A stretch of DNA of 64,000 bases from positions 34,658,001-34,722,000 of the forward strand of contig OZ024756.1 of the NCBI GenBank assembly GCA_964016885.1, given 5' to 3'. A program made the position numbers and the translations under genes. Below the pieces are notes generated by a model. The model was not told the origin of the DNA, made no database searches, and worked only from the letters and a program-made list of their open reading frames with translations. The DNA is from Eledone cirrhosa. Taxonomy: Eukaryota. Positions 14,736 through 26,000 of this stretch are shown here, one piece after another (positions within the stretch are counted from its first letter, which is position 1; each line of letters begins with the position of its first letter).

Positions 14736-17700
14736 GCACACACACGCACACACACACACACAATGCGATTGTAAACAGAAGAAACACAAAGTAAATATAG
14801 TTTATCAAATAACAAGTAGTGTTCATTAAATAGGATAACTAAACCTTGAAACTAATAAGTGAACAGCTTATAAGAGTTAGAGATATGACTGACATTCCAA
14901 CCCTATACAGAGCCAGTATCTGGGTATTTAGAGCCCTAACCTAGCCCTACAATGTGCACCATCCACCTTTTCCTGGTTATGTGTTTCATTCTCTTAAATA
15001 AAATAATTTCAACATATAGTTTGGCGAGCTGACAAAAAAAAAAAAAAAAAAAAAAAATTACTAAGCCTGAATTTTCCACTGCACAGTCCACGCTCACCCA
15101 TGCTAAATCATGTGACAGGTCATAACACCATACCATCCTTTCCACCACTTTGGATATTTCCACAACCCTGCTATGCAGCAAAGATGATTAGTCATTTATT
15201 TATTGATCAGAAGAAAATTTATAATTATCCAAATTTGTATAAACTGATCTTTTAAGATTTAGTAATGCATCTGTCTAATGTCTGCGCTCTAGGTGGCTGC
15301 CTAGTTGGCCTTGATAGTAGCATCAGTCCTAACCGTATGGCAATATTATTATCAATTCTTTCACCCTTCTATGGTCGATAAGATAAAGTACCAGTCAAGT
15401 TAGTACTCGATTGGTAACCGATTTAATTGACCAACCCAGTGTTTTCCGACGTGGATTCCCAACGAGATAAACTATTTTTTATAATAATAATTAAAAAAAT
15501 GAATTAAAAAAAAAAAACGATTGCTTTTTATATGAATAAATTCCTATATACTTTTATTGATTTCAGTCATTAGACTGCGACCACGAAAATATTTAGTCGA
15601 TCATACTTATTTCATCGATCTCTTTTTCCAAACCACCGAATTATTGGGCATAAACAGCAAACGTAAACACAAACGACCAACTTCTAAACAGTTTCCGTCA
15701 ACTAAATTTCACTCACAAAGTATTGGTCAACCCAAGACTTTAGCAGAAGACACTTGCTCGAGATGCCACGCAGTGAAACTGAACCCCAAACGAAGTGATT
15801 GCAAAGCGAATTCCTTAATCCCACAGCCATCCCTATGTCTCTATATATTTTTTTTCCTCTAAAACAATTGAGGGGAAAGAAAAATCGATTGTATCGACCG
15901 TAGTACTTGACTGGTACTTTATATTATCGATCTCAGAAGAATGACAAGCAAAGTTGACCTCGGTAAAATTGAAACTCGAAACGCAAAGGCATTTTGTAAT
16001 AATAATTGTTTCTACTTTAGGCACAAGGCCAGCAATTACCCAGTGCATTACTGGTACTTTATTTTATCGACCCCGTAAGGATGAAAGGCAAAGTCAACCT
16101 CGGCGGGATTTGAACTCAGATCGTAAAGGGACGTAACTATGCTGGAAAGCATGGCGTCCGACCCTCTACCGATACTGCCAATCCACCGCATTTTGTAATA
16201 ATAATGGGTTCTAATTTAGGCACAATACCAGCTATTTGAAGGGGGATGGGAAAGTCGATTAAATCGATCCCAGTGCGTTACTGATGCTTTATTTTATCGA
16301 CCCCGTAAGGATGAGAAGCAAAGCTAAACCCCGGCAGGATTTGAACTCAGAACATAAAAGGCATTTTGTAAACCGTTAGGTACGAGGCAGAAATGTTAAG
16401 TATGTGTTTATATCTCATAGAGAAGTGAACCAGGCTATGATCGTTGTCAATCACCAACACACACAATTTACTAAATAACATGTAACCCTTTCCATACCAA
16501 CCAGCTTGAAATAACCTTTAGTAACTTCATTAAGCTTTTATTTAATTAAAAGAAGTAGAACAACGAAATATAGTTTGTAATTAAGGAATGTTATTAATAA
16601 ATAATTATTATGTCAAAACACTCCCGTTTTTGTGCGTCAATGTCTGAATTAAAACATTGCAACGTAATTGTTCTAAAAGACGGCATAATAAGAGACGGTT
16701 GTTTTACTAAGACACTCGAAGTGATTGATTATTTTCAAAATTACCGTATTTGATGGTATCTAAGACCCCCGCCTTCATTCCAACAGGGAATATTAAAAAC
16801 AAAATATGTGGCCATCAGATACCTCAATTCGCATATAAGAAGACCCGTGTGATATTTTTTTTAAGCCATTTGCAGCATGGGGAGAATAGGCGATCTATGC
16901 CATCAAATACGGTTATCCGTTTTGATTACCGTATTTGAGAAAAATGGTGACGAGAGAGTTAAAAGTAAAGGATGTTAAGGAAGAAAGAGGTTGGGATATT
17001 AAAACTGTTTGGTACCTTCTCTGCTTCAGTGACTTCATCATAGTCAGGCAGAAGAGAAGAAAGAGAATAAATACATTTTTTTTTTAAATCTCGGGCTCCA
17101 AACTTATTTTTAAAACTCCGGAGGAATTTATTTATTAAAGACTTGAAGCAATGTACACCATCTCAAGCAAAATTAAATACATGGTATTCGGTAACGTAAT
17201 AATAATTCTTTCTAACATTGGCACAAACAATTTGGGGAAAGGGGAAAGTCGATTATATCGACCCAGGACTTAACAGGTACTTTATTTCGTCAACCCCGGA
17301 TGAAAGTCAAAGTTGACTTCGGTCGAATTTGAACTCAGAACGTGTGAACCGCAATATTGCTAAGCATTTTGTCTGACGCTCTACCAATTCTGCCAATGAT
17401 TTCTTTATTAGCCACAAGGGCTTGCACATAGAGTACAGTAAACACTAGAAACATAGGGGTTACAATACATGTGGAGTTGGACAAACAAAGTTATATAAAA
17501 ACGGGGGTGGAGATGAGGATATTATACGACAGTGATATTAAGATGTTGCACAAGAGAAACGGCATGTAAACAAACACTCACGGTTTGTCTGGCTGCTTCA
17601 GTCGTTCTCTCTTTTCTTCGCCCGTAATGTCTTCGTAATTCGCCATGCTTACCGTTCTTCTCATGTTCCGTCGCCGCAAGACGGGAGAATAATTGTTGTC

Positions 17701-17826
17701 GAATGCCAGTTGCTCTGCCCCTTCGTAATTCGATGATAGTTCAGCAGTTGAGGTAGCTGGTGTAATTTCAGGCGTGGAGTCCTTGCTTGGTGGACTCACA
17801 CGCTTCTTCGGACTAGGAGGCCCCAT
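1227..17826 (-). CDS. DGAT1: Diacylglycerol O-acyltransferase 1 (MBOAT family), 16 coding exons, 508 aa
   Basis: Hand-spliced GT-AG exons in transcript order: 17582-17826, 12879-12966, 12371-12411, 11494-11579, 10610-10662, 10321-10423, 8518-8658, 6008-6079, 4994-5097, 4088-4126, 3808-3894, 3407-3519, 2963-3028, 2334-2421, 1925-1987, 1227-1364. Total 1527 nt, open to TAA. DGAT1 motifs: [93 protein letters not shown] (catalytic His), [15 protein letters not shown]. Confidence 0.97.
6610..7516 (-). mobile_element. 5'-truncated CR1/L2-clade LINE (ORF2 C-terminus plus duplicated 3' UTR and TAA tail)
   Basis: ORF 6912-7343 reads [57 protein letters not shown], typical of CR1-group post-RT sequence. 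The 3' terminus occurs twice (about 6610-6745 and 6750-6890). Confidence 0.88.
10728..10935. repeat. Degenerate CAGTAACCACA(CA)n tandem repeat
   Basis: Repeated CAGTAACCACA with variable CA spacers. Confidence 0.85.
11055..11462 (-). mobile_element. Tandem pair of the same SINE
   Basis: Two consecutive near-identical copies (about 11055-11231 and 11272-11462), each with a head and tail. Confidence 0.8.
13815..14457. repeat. 84-bp minisatellite, about 7.5 copies
   Basis: GGTCAGTTTGATATGAG recurs at 13927, 14011, 14095, 14179, 14263, 14347 and 14431. Confidence 0.95.
15998..16187 (-). mobile_element. tRNA-derived SINE with Nin/Deu-like central domain (representative copy)
   Basis: Minus strand: head GGTGGATTGGCAGTATCGGTAG (A box), GAGTTCAAATCCCGCC (B box), then GACTTTGCCTTTCATCCTTACGGGGTCGATAAAATAAAGTACCAG, then GCTGGCCTTGTGCCTAAAGTAGAAACAA(TTA)n. 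More than 25 full or partial copies lie in the window, e.g. near 1380, 9000, 11060, 11620, 11700, 16200, 17200, 18760, 25700, 35700, 37150, 39190, 44590, 47770, 60290, 62265, 62920, 63120. Confidence 0.85.
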
Positions 17827-17829
17827 GTC

Positions 17830-20712
17830 TGTCAACAATAAACAAGACACTGACAACAGCAGTAAGCAACAGTGTGTAAATTGCCGTTGTGGTAGAAACA
17901 GTGAGACTGAAGTATTATTTAATGGAAGTAACAGCAGCAGCAATAATAGTAGTAGTAGTAGTAGTAGTGGTGGAGGTGAAAGACGGAGGTGAGAAGCAAT
18001 AACAACAAATTGAGAGTCGACTTGGCCTCACTCCCTACAGCAATCGTAGTAGTGATGGCCGTGAAAGACAGAAGAAAGAAGCAGCATCAATAACAACAAA
18101 CTAGTAGTCGACCTGGCCGTACTAGTTTCAACATTTTCACTAGAGCAATACGAGAATCACACGTGAAATATTACTTCAACCTTCCCTAGCTGTTATCTTT
18201 GAAAACATCCAAGGTGCAGGCAGCACTTTAAAAACACTTCTTGCTCACCCACTTATTCCTGGGAGGGTCATGGTGACAGAGTCCTGAAGCACACCTTCTG
18301 GCGCGTCCTGCCAGAAGCAACCGAACAAGCAATAATAAACACACACTCTTTTGAATGAAACAGTTCTAGTCCTGTAGAAGCCATATATATACACACACAA
18401 AGAGAGAGGGGGTGGGACCAAAGTGTGCGTTCACATGTTAAAATACACTTTCTAATCATATTGGACTTCCGACGGAGAATGTTCTCGTTGATTCAATCAA
18501 CAGAACAGCCTGCTCGTGAAATTAGCGTGCAAGTGTCTGAGCATTCCACAGATTCGTGTATCTTAAAAAAAAACAGTTCTCGGGGAGATTCAGCATGACA
18601 CAGAGTATGACAAGGCTGGCTCTTTGAATTGCTAATTCGATTAAATCGACCCAGTACTTGATCTTGGCGGGGTTTGAACTCAGAACGTAAGGTACTGTAA
18701 CTAAATGGAATAAACATTTTGCCCGACGTCCTTACTTTCAACTTAATAGTTTTTTTTTATTTAGGCACAAAGCCAACAATTTTGTGGGAGGAGAAAGTCG
18801 ATGAAATCGACGCCAAAGCGTTAGATACTTTATTTTATCGACCCCGTAACGATGAAAGGGATTTGAACTCAGAACGTAAGGGGATGTAACTCAATGGCGC
18901 AAACATTTTACCTGAAGTCTTTACTTACAACTTAATAAAATTGAAGTTTATTTCTCATCTAAATCGTAAATAAGGGAGATAACTCATACATTTACGTTTT
19001 TTGTTTGTTTGTTTTTGTTTTTTAAACTAAACCAGTGATGATGATGAAACACTAATTTCAGATCACCACCCTCCTCCTAAAAAAGTCGTCTGGAAAGCAG
19101 TAGATTCGTGGTATAAATTCGACCGCTGGACTTGTGGCTATTTTCTGTTTAAAATTAAACTTAAAGTATCTTCAGCTAAACAGTAATAAAATTAAAACTT
19201 GTTAGACCAAAGATCGTACTGAAGAATGTGTTGCTTTTTTAATGTATAGTATCGTGATTTGGGCCGAGTCGACGCTATTATTCAGGTCAACTAGTCAACC
19301 GTGTAGGGCAGAGATCTCAAAAAGTCGGATTAGTGAACTTTAAAGAATCGCCAAGAGATAATATCTAGACAGCAGGCATGAGCAGTGACAAGAACAAGAG
19401 CAGACTTCAGAGGTTTATGATCATGGTTGTCACTATTGTTGTAGAAACAGTAATAGTGATAGCTGTGGGCAGTGTCATAGTAAACGTTATATGATAATGA
19501 AAATTATTGTGCACAGTACTCAGGTGCACTACAACTCATCAAAGGTGCATGTATAGTACATATAATGTAAATGTCAGGAAAGTGAAGTGTATGAGTCATG
19601 ATATACACACAGATACATGCTTGTATGTGTATGGAGGGGGAATCACTTCATCCAGAACAACACCAATCCCATGGGTCAGCATGATATAAAAAAAGTTAAA
19701 TGCCTAGGCACCTGGTCCTGGTGTGGTTTGGTGATGTTGAATATGTTATATATTTGAGGACTCTGCTCAGTTAATGGCTCTCAAATACTTGTAACGAGTT
19801 AATTCTCAACTTGAGTTTTTAACAAATAACAAACGAACAAAACAAGAAGGAAATCGTTAGATAAAATGTCTGGTAGTACGTAGCTACGAAACTTTATGTT
19901 ATGAGATCAAATTCAGCCAAGGTGGCACAATTGTTCGTGTTGGACTAATCACTTCTAAGTTTTTAGTTACGTCCCTTTACGTTCTAGGTTCAAATCCCGC
20001 CTAGGTCATCTTTGCTTTTTATTCTTTCTCTTTTGGTTGATAAAATGCAGTACCAGTTATGAAATACGAGCGATTGATAAATATTTTCAAACTGCATCCT
20101 AGATGTGAATAGCATTACCTGCCAAAAACAAAACAAAAAAATAAAGAATTCGCAAATATGAACAAAAAAATTAGTTCTTATCGAATCCGCCAACAAAAGT
20201 TATTATTTTTTTTTAATATTTCAAAATTCTATTAAAAACCCAACAAATACAAATATTTTTTTTTATTCTAAAAAGAAAAAATAACATAACTCGAAATTCA
20301 ACCCAACAAGACCATTACATTACATTTACAATTCAACATGTTCATACTTGTTGACATAAGCGACAACTCATCAAGTTTCACATCAACTTCATGAAACATT
20401 GGCTTAAAATTTAGTTAAAACCTAATTTTTTTTAATCGATAAATCATTTTCAATTACATATAATTAGATTTCTTTTTTTTGGGGAATAATATTTTTTCAG
20501 CCCATATATTATATAATATAATTATTTTGTGGTTTTAAAAATAGTTTTATTTATTTATTTATTTTATTTTTGCTCTCCGTGTCAATTCGTTGGTACGCAA
20601 GCGGTAGATATCACATGGAGGCAAGAGAAACTAGTTGACATCGAAGAGACGAGGTGTGGAGAAACAAAATGGATAGTATAGATTGTTAATATGGTCGATG
20701 GTCATTTGAAAT
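17830..20712. promoter_or_regulatory. Divergent DGAT1/TBC1D20 promoter region
   Basis: Lies between the two divergent start codons. CpG is locally enriched near 17600-18170, 19240-19350 and 20570-20880. E-box CACGTG at 18160-18165. Exact TSSs cannot be seen. Confidence 0.55.
19495..19640 (-). mobile_element. 3' end fragment of the same CR1-like LINE
   Basis: ataatgaaaattattgtgcacagtactcaggtgcactacaactcatcaaaggtgcatgtatagtaca nearly matches 6619-6685. Another fragment lies on the opposite strand at about 62207-62260. Confidence 0.75.
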
Positions 20713-23026
20713 ATGTTAAAGAGCAAATCAAGCACCGCTGCTCTAGAAAACACTGATTTCGTCTTGCGTAAACGGAAGAAAACTGATGTATCATCGTCGC
20801 AATCGAATATTCATGGAAATTCTCAACGTTCAACGGTGCCAAGTTCACCGGTCGGAGCAAGGAGCAAACGTCCTGGTATGAGATACACTTTATATATATA
20901 CACACACATCTTTATACATACAAATATATATACACTTCTTTATTGATACGCACACATACATATATATTGCATACACACATATACGGTCTATACACATAGA
21001 TATAAGCTCTACAGTGTGAATACATAAACACACGCATTATATATATAGGTAATGTAGTTGGTAAATTGTAGAATTATATATAACAAAAAAAAAAAAAAAG
21101 CATTTACTGACGGTAGGGACAGACTCAATACTTGGAGTAGTCAGACTTATTATACAATAACACATATTGAGTTGACTGGGACTCCGAAGTTTATCTTCAG
21201 CGGCTTATAAATAAGCTACTCTCTCAAACTAGATATTAATGAATGGAATAGTTTGCCAGGTCATGTAGTAAACGCCACAACGGTAAATGGGCTTTTTTTT
21301 AAATATAAGCATGACAGATATTAAATAACTAAAGAGATGGATTGAAATGCATTTGACTGGGAGTTAGAAGCGGAGAGAAATCACGAAATAAAGTGGGTGT
21401 AATGAGTGAATCTTGCAAAACTTCAACAAGTATGAACTGTTTAGCTGGTTGATGGCGAAATTCTCAATCAACATATGTACAATATCTATTGCACATATTT
21501 TATTGACTTATCTATATATATATATGGGTATATGTATGTTACAGCTCACACCTACAAGGTTGTCTCAGGTTTCTCTATAGGGCTCCAGTTCTATCATATA
21601 TATATATATATATATAGTGTATGTGTATAAGCAAAAAAAAAAAAAAAGATTGTTTTAAGAGAATTCAGAAAAAATCTCGTTCTTTGTAGATATTTTAATA
21701 ATATTCTGTATGCACAGATATGTTGTTTCAACATAAACCTTTCAACCGCATTAACACTTACATATATACACACATATGCATGTATACGTCTGCTCAGATA
21801 AGTATACACAAGCACATAGAATATGTGTGCATACATACACGTACACACACATGAACACCTATGAGATGATGGTATGGTTGTGTAATTTGAAGGAGATTTG
21901 GCAGCTATATCTAGCATAGCAGGTCAAGTGACCACGTAGAGGCTCTGTATTACTTCATTCCAGCTGTTTACATATTTTCTTCTCAGACATACATTCGCTT
22001 TTGTTTCTTCTTTTTCTTCATCGTTATTTATTATTGCTATATTTTTAGGTCTTTTATCTCATATTTGGTATCTTTTATTATGATTATATTACATAAATAT
22101 ACACTATTGTCTGGGCCCTTGTTTGCTTGGTTTTCAATGTTAAATGTATTGTATGTGTATGTATAAATGTGTATTATATCATGTACTAATAAATACCAGT
22201 AGCACACTGGTCGATTTAATCTCCAGAATTGCTGGCCTTGTGCTTATAGTAGAAATCATATTATGAATGTATACGATCATGTATACATATATGTCTGTGT
22301 GTGTTTGTAACCTCAGCTATGATTTTCTTTTGTAAGGCGTCAGTCAGTATATTTTGTACTTAAACGTATAGATTACACCCCACTTCGCACTCTCTCTTTC
22401 CATATATATATAAATGTATAAATGTAATATCTCCACTATCCAGGAAGCCCCAACCGTTAAGGTTGTCTTTCTTTTTTTTCCGGGTATGTCAATATTTATT
22501 TATAAAACAAATCTGTATTTTATCTGATGAAAGCGCATCATAATTTGCCTTGGTTGCCCTTGAAATATGTATAATAAAATAAATATGGTTTTATAAATAT
22601 AGTTTCCATTTATTAATATATTGTATATATATATATATATATATATATAATGTATGTGTGTGCCAGTGTTGATTTTTCGAAGGAGTAGGGTGTGTGTTAT
22701 TAGCACCCCCAAGAGCTAGGGAGTAAGAGGCAGGTTTAAGTTTAACATAGTTAAAATTAGACAAACAATCCTCCACCTGCTACTGATGCTACAGGTAAGA
22801 GAATTCTGTCCTAGAAATACATGGAAGCTATAAAGCTATAAATCTTCGCACCTGTGTAACTGATCCTCTAGTTAGTTTGGGTTTATATATGTCTAGTTAG
22901 GGGAGACGATACGAACGAAACTTTCTAATGTTGGTTTGTCCAGCTAGTATTTCCCAATGGATGTTTTGGCATTAGTTAAACTGTGTGTATGTATAAATAT
23001 ATACACACAGTTTAACTAATGCCAAA

Positions 23027-23083
<57 letters not shown>

Positions 23084-26000
23084 AACCCACATACAACATG
23101 TTTATGTATAATAAAAATACACAAGTCTCGCTGTGAGTGTGATCATATCTTAACTTTATATATATATATATATAAAGGACTTTTATTTATTCGTCAAATT
23201 TCAATTCGGTTATATAATGTTGGCAGTAACAAAAATAAAAAGAAGGAAAAAAATTATATATATGTAACGTACGAAGCTGAATTTTCGGTGTTTTGAAGTC
23301 CTGAGAAGAGAGATAGAGAATCGATTAGCATATGTCGTTTTTTAGCCCCGTGTCATTACTGGTTGAGCACATCTGTGTTCAAAAACATTTCGGTCATCAC
23401 TATCCCAATTGTGTAGGAGTTTCTACGACTACATTATCTAATGTGTGCTCCTCATTTTCCAAGACTTGCAGTTAGGGCTTAAGGAAGATTTGGCTGCTAT
23501 TTCTGGCCAGTTGAAGGACTGCCTTCAAAAAGCAAACAAGAATTTACATGGGACCATAGAATACTGCCTCAGAAAATTATCATCTAACCTATGCCAGCTT
23601 GAAAAAAACAGACGAAAACGATGATGGTGATACTAATGATGATGGCAATTGTTTGCACAAGACAATGGTCTTTGTGAAGTAATGGATGTTAATTAGAAGT
23701 CTTGTTTGTATCGGCGCATGATCTCGCTCATACATGTACATACACAGATACACGTACACATACATGTACACATACATATGTATTGACACTGACACATTTA
23801 CTAAGGGGTTGTTGACTATTTGGAGTTACAGCCACAGAGCTGAGAGAATTAGTTGAAATAATTGTTGAAGAAAGGGTTTTTCAAAAGTATGTTTAACCCT
23901 TTAACATTTAAACCGGCCAGAATTCTTTCACCTCCTTCTGCTCAAACCGGCTGTAACTAGCCACTCATACTGATGGTAAGGTATTGTTCTCAAAATAAAT
24001 ACATCAAAATCTCATGGATTCGATATTATGTGAGATAATTATGTAAGATAAAGCCTTTACCACAAAAATATAATAGTAAATGTAAATTCATCACTCTGAC
24101 ATGAGCATCTGCTGGTCTTGCGCAAACATACACCTTGGAAAGGAACTTTCCAGGGGTAGTTCCATGGCTCCACATGACGTATAGAGGGAACCAGTGCCTA
24201 ACCATCACATATCAGATTCATTTAGGGTGTTGGAGTCATGATCATAAAGTCATAGGTTTGATTCCTCAACCAGTCAGCCTGTGTTCTTGAGCAATATGCT
24301 TCATTTCACATTGCTTTCTATGATAGGACTAGGATCTCTATCATTAAAACACCTGAGAGACCTATGAGACTCAACCTTGTAGGAGGCCAGCTAAACCTGT
24401 GTAGGTGCAAGCTGTAACATTAACATACATGTGTGTATAATAAAACTGGGCCCCTATCATTAAAACATTAACGAAAGCTGCTATGAGACACAGCCTTGTG
24501 GGTGTGAGCTGTAAATTTCATTTCTTTTTTTTAAATTTCACTGATTGTTGTTTCAATTTGGGTGATGTTTATTTTTTCATTGCAGGATATGATAAGAAGG
24601 ATTCTAAACTTAAAGAATTCTTAAACAAGCCGCCTTTCTCTATCTCTACTCTACGGCGTTATGCCATCAGTTCGGGAGGTCTTTTGAAAAGCACTCACAG
24701 AAAGCAGTGTTGGCCGATGCTTTTAGATATTGATGTTACCAACATACCTCCAGCACCAAGTAAGTTTGGGCATCTTGTCTACTATTCCACTGTTTTTATT
24801 GGAAATCAGATTTTGAAAATGAAAGGAAATTTATGGCTTAAAGTGAAGAGGGAGAGAGCAGTCAGTACATTTGACACAAAAATAGATCTGTCTCCTGTTT
24901 TGACACAACCATCTAACCCTTGGGGGTTCTTTAGTGATGTCCCTCTGTTGCAAGCATTTGGGCTAGGTATCTGGTTTTGTGATCCCTTTTCCTCTTTGCA
25001 CTAAATGCTTTAACTAATCCCTCCTCCCCTTTACACTAAATGCTGTAACTAATCCCTCCTCCCCTTCTACACTAAATGCTATAATTAATCCCCCAACCCC
25101 CTCAGCACTAAATGCTATAACTAATCCCTCCTCTCCTCAGCTCTAAACGTTATAACCAGTCAATATCTGGAATTTTCTTCTCCATCACATTTTTCCAGTG
25201 ACATTGACTTACAGCTGTTGAAACTGTTCAACTGAAAAAAATTCAACAGTTTTTGAGAAACCTGTGAAAGTCATAGGCACTGGACCTCCTGCAAATTGTG
25301 GAGGTCATAGACACTGACCTTTCCTCCAGACCTGGGAAGGTTAAAGTCCCTGTTCCTTCCTCCAGACCTGCAAAGATCATGAGATGGTCACTTGTTCCTT
25401 TCTCCAAAGGGTGTTGGATTAAAATAGTAACATCAGTATAAAAATGTTTATTTATAGAAACTTCTAAAACTTTTGATTTAATTTGTGTCTTAATATCTTT
25501 CTTTTACTTCCTTCCAGAACTTTCAGTATTAAAAACTCATCGAGATTATGAACAAGTACTCTTGGATGTTGAAAGATCTCTTTCGAGGTTTCCTCCAGGT
25601 TTGTACACGATCACATTGTTGATAATGTTAAATTGTTGTTGTAGTATTGATAGCAGGTGTTAAGCTTGCATGGGTTCTCTGCATATTATTTATGGTTGCT
25701 TTTCATTCTTGCAAGGTCGATAAAATGAAGTACCAGTGAAGTACAGAGGTCGATTTAATCAGCTTTCCCCTCCCTCTCAAAATTACTGGCTGTGTGCCTA
25801 GAGATCATTCATCATCATCATCATCATTTAATGTCGATCTTCCATGCTAGCATGGGTTTTATGGTAGCAAAGAAATTAATCTGGGGCCCTTAGTTGCAGT
25901 CCAATCTGTCCCACCCCTTCTCCTTATCTGCTACTGGAAAGGGTGAAGGAAGGGCAAAATATATTGCTAGAAGGGTTCTAGTAAGGGGGAAGGAGAAAAA

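Noticed and set aside
17827-17943. N-terminal extension of DGAT1 in the ORF track (MLLLLLPL...)
   Set aside because: It starts at a non-ATG codon in a trinucleotide repeat. The first ATG is at 17826.
19378-19412. Possible alternative first coding exon of TBC1D20 (MSSDKNKSRLQ..|GT)
   Set aside because: It ends in phase 2 while exon 2 needs phase 1, and the donor is weak. At most a 5' UTR exon.
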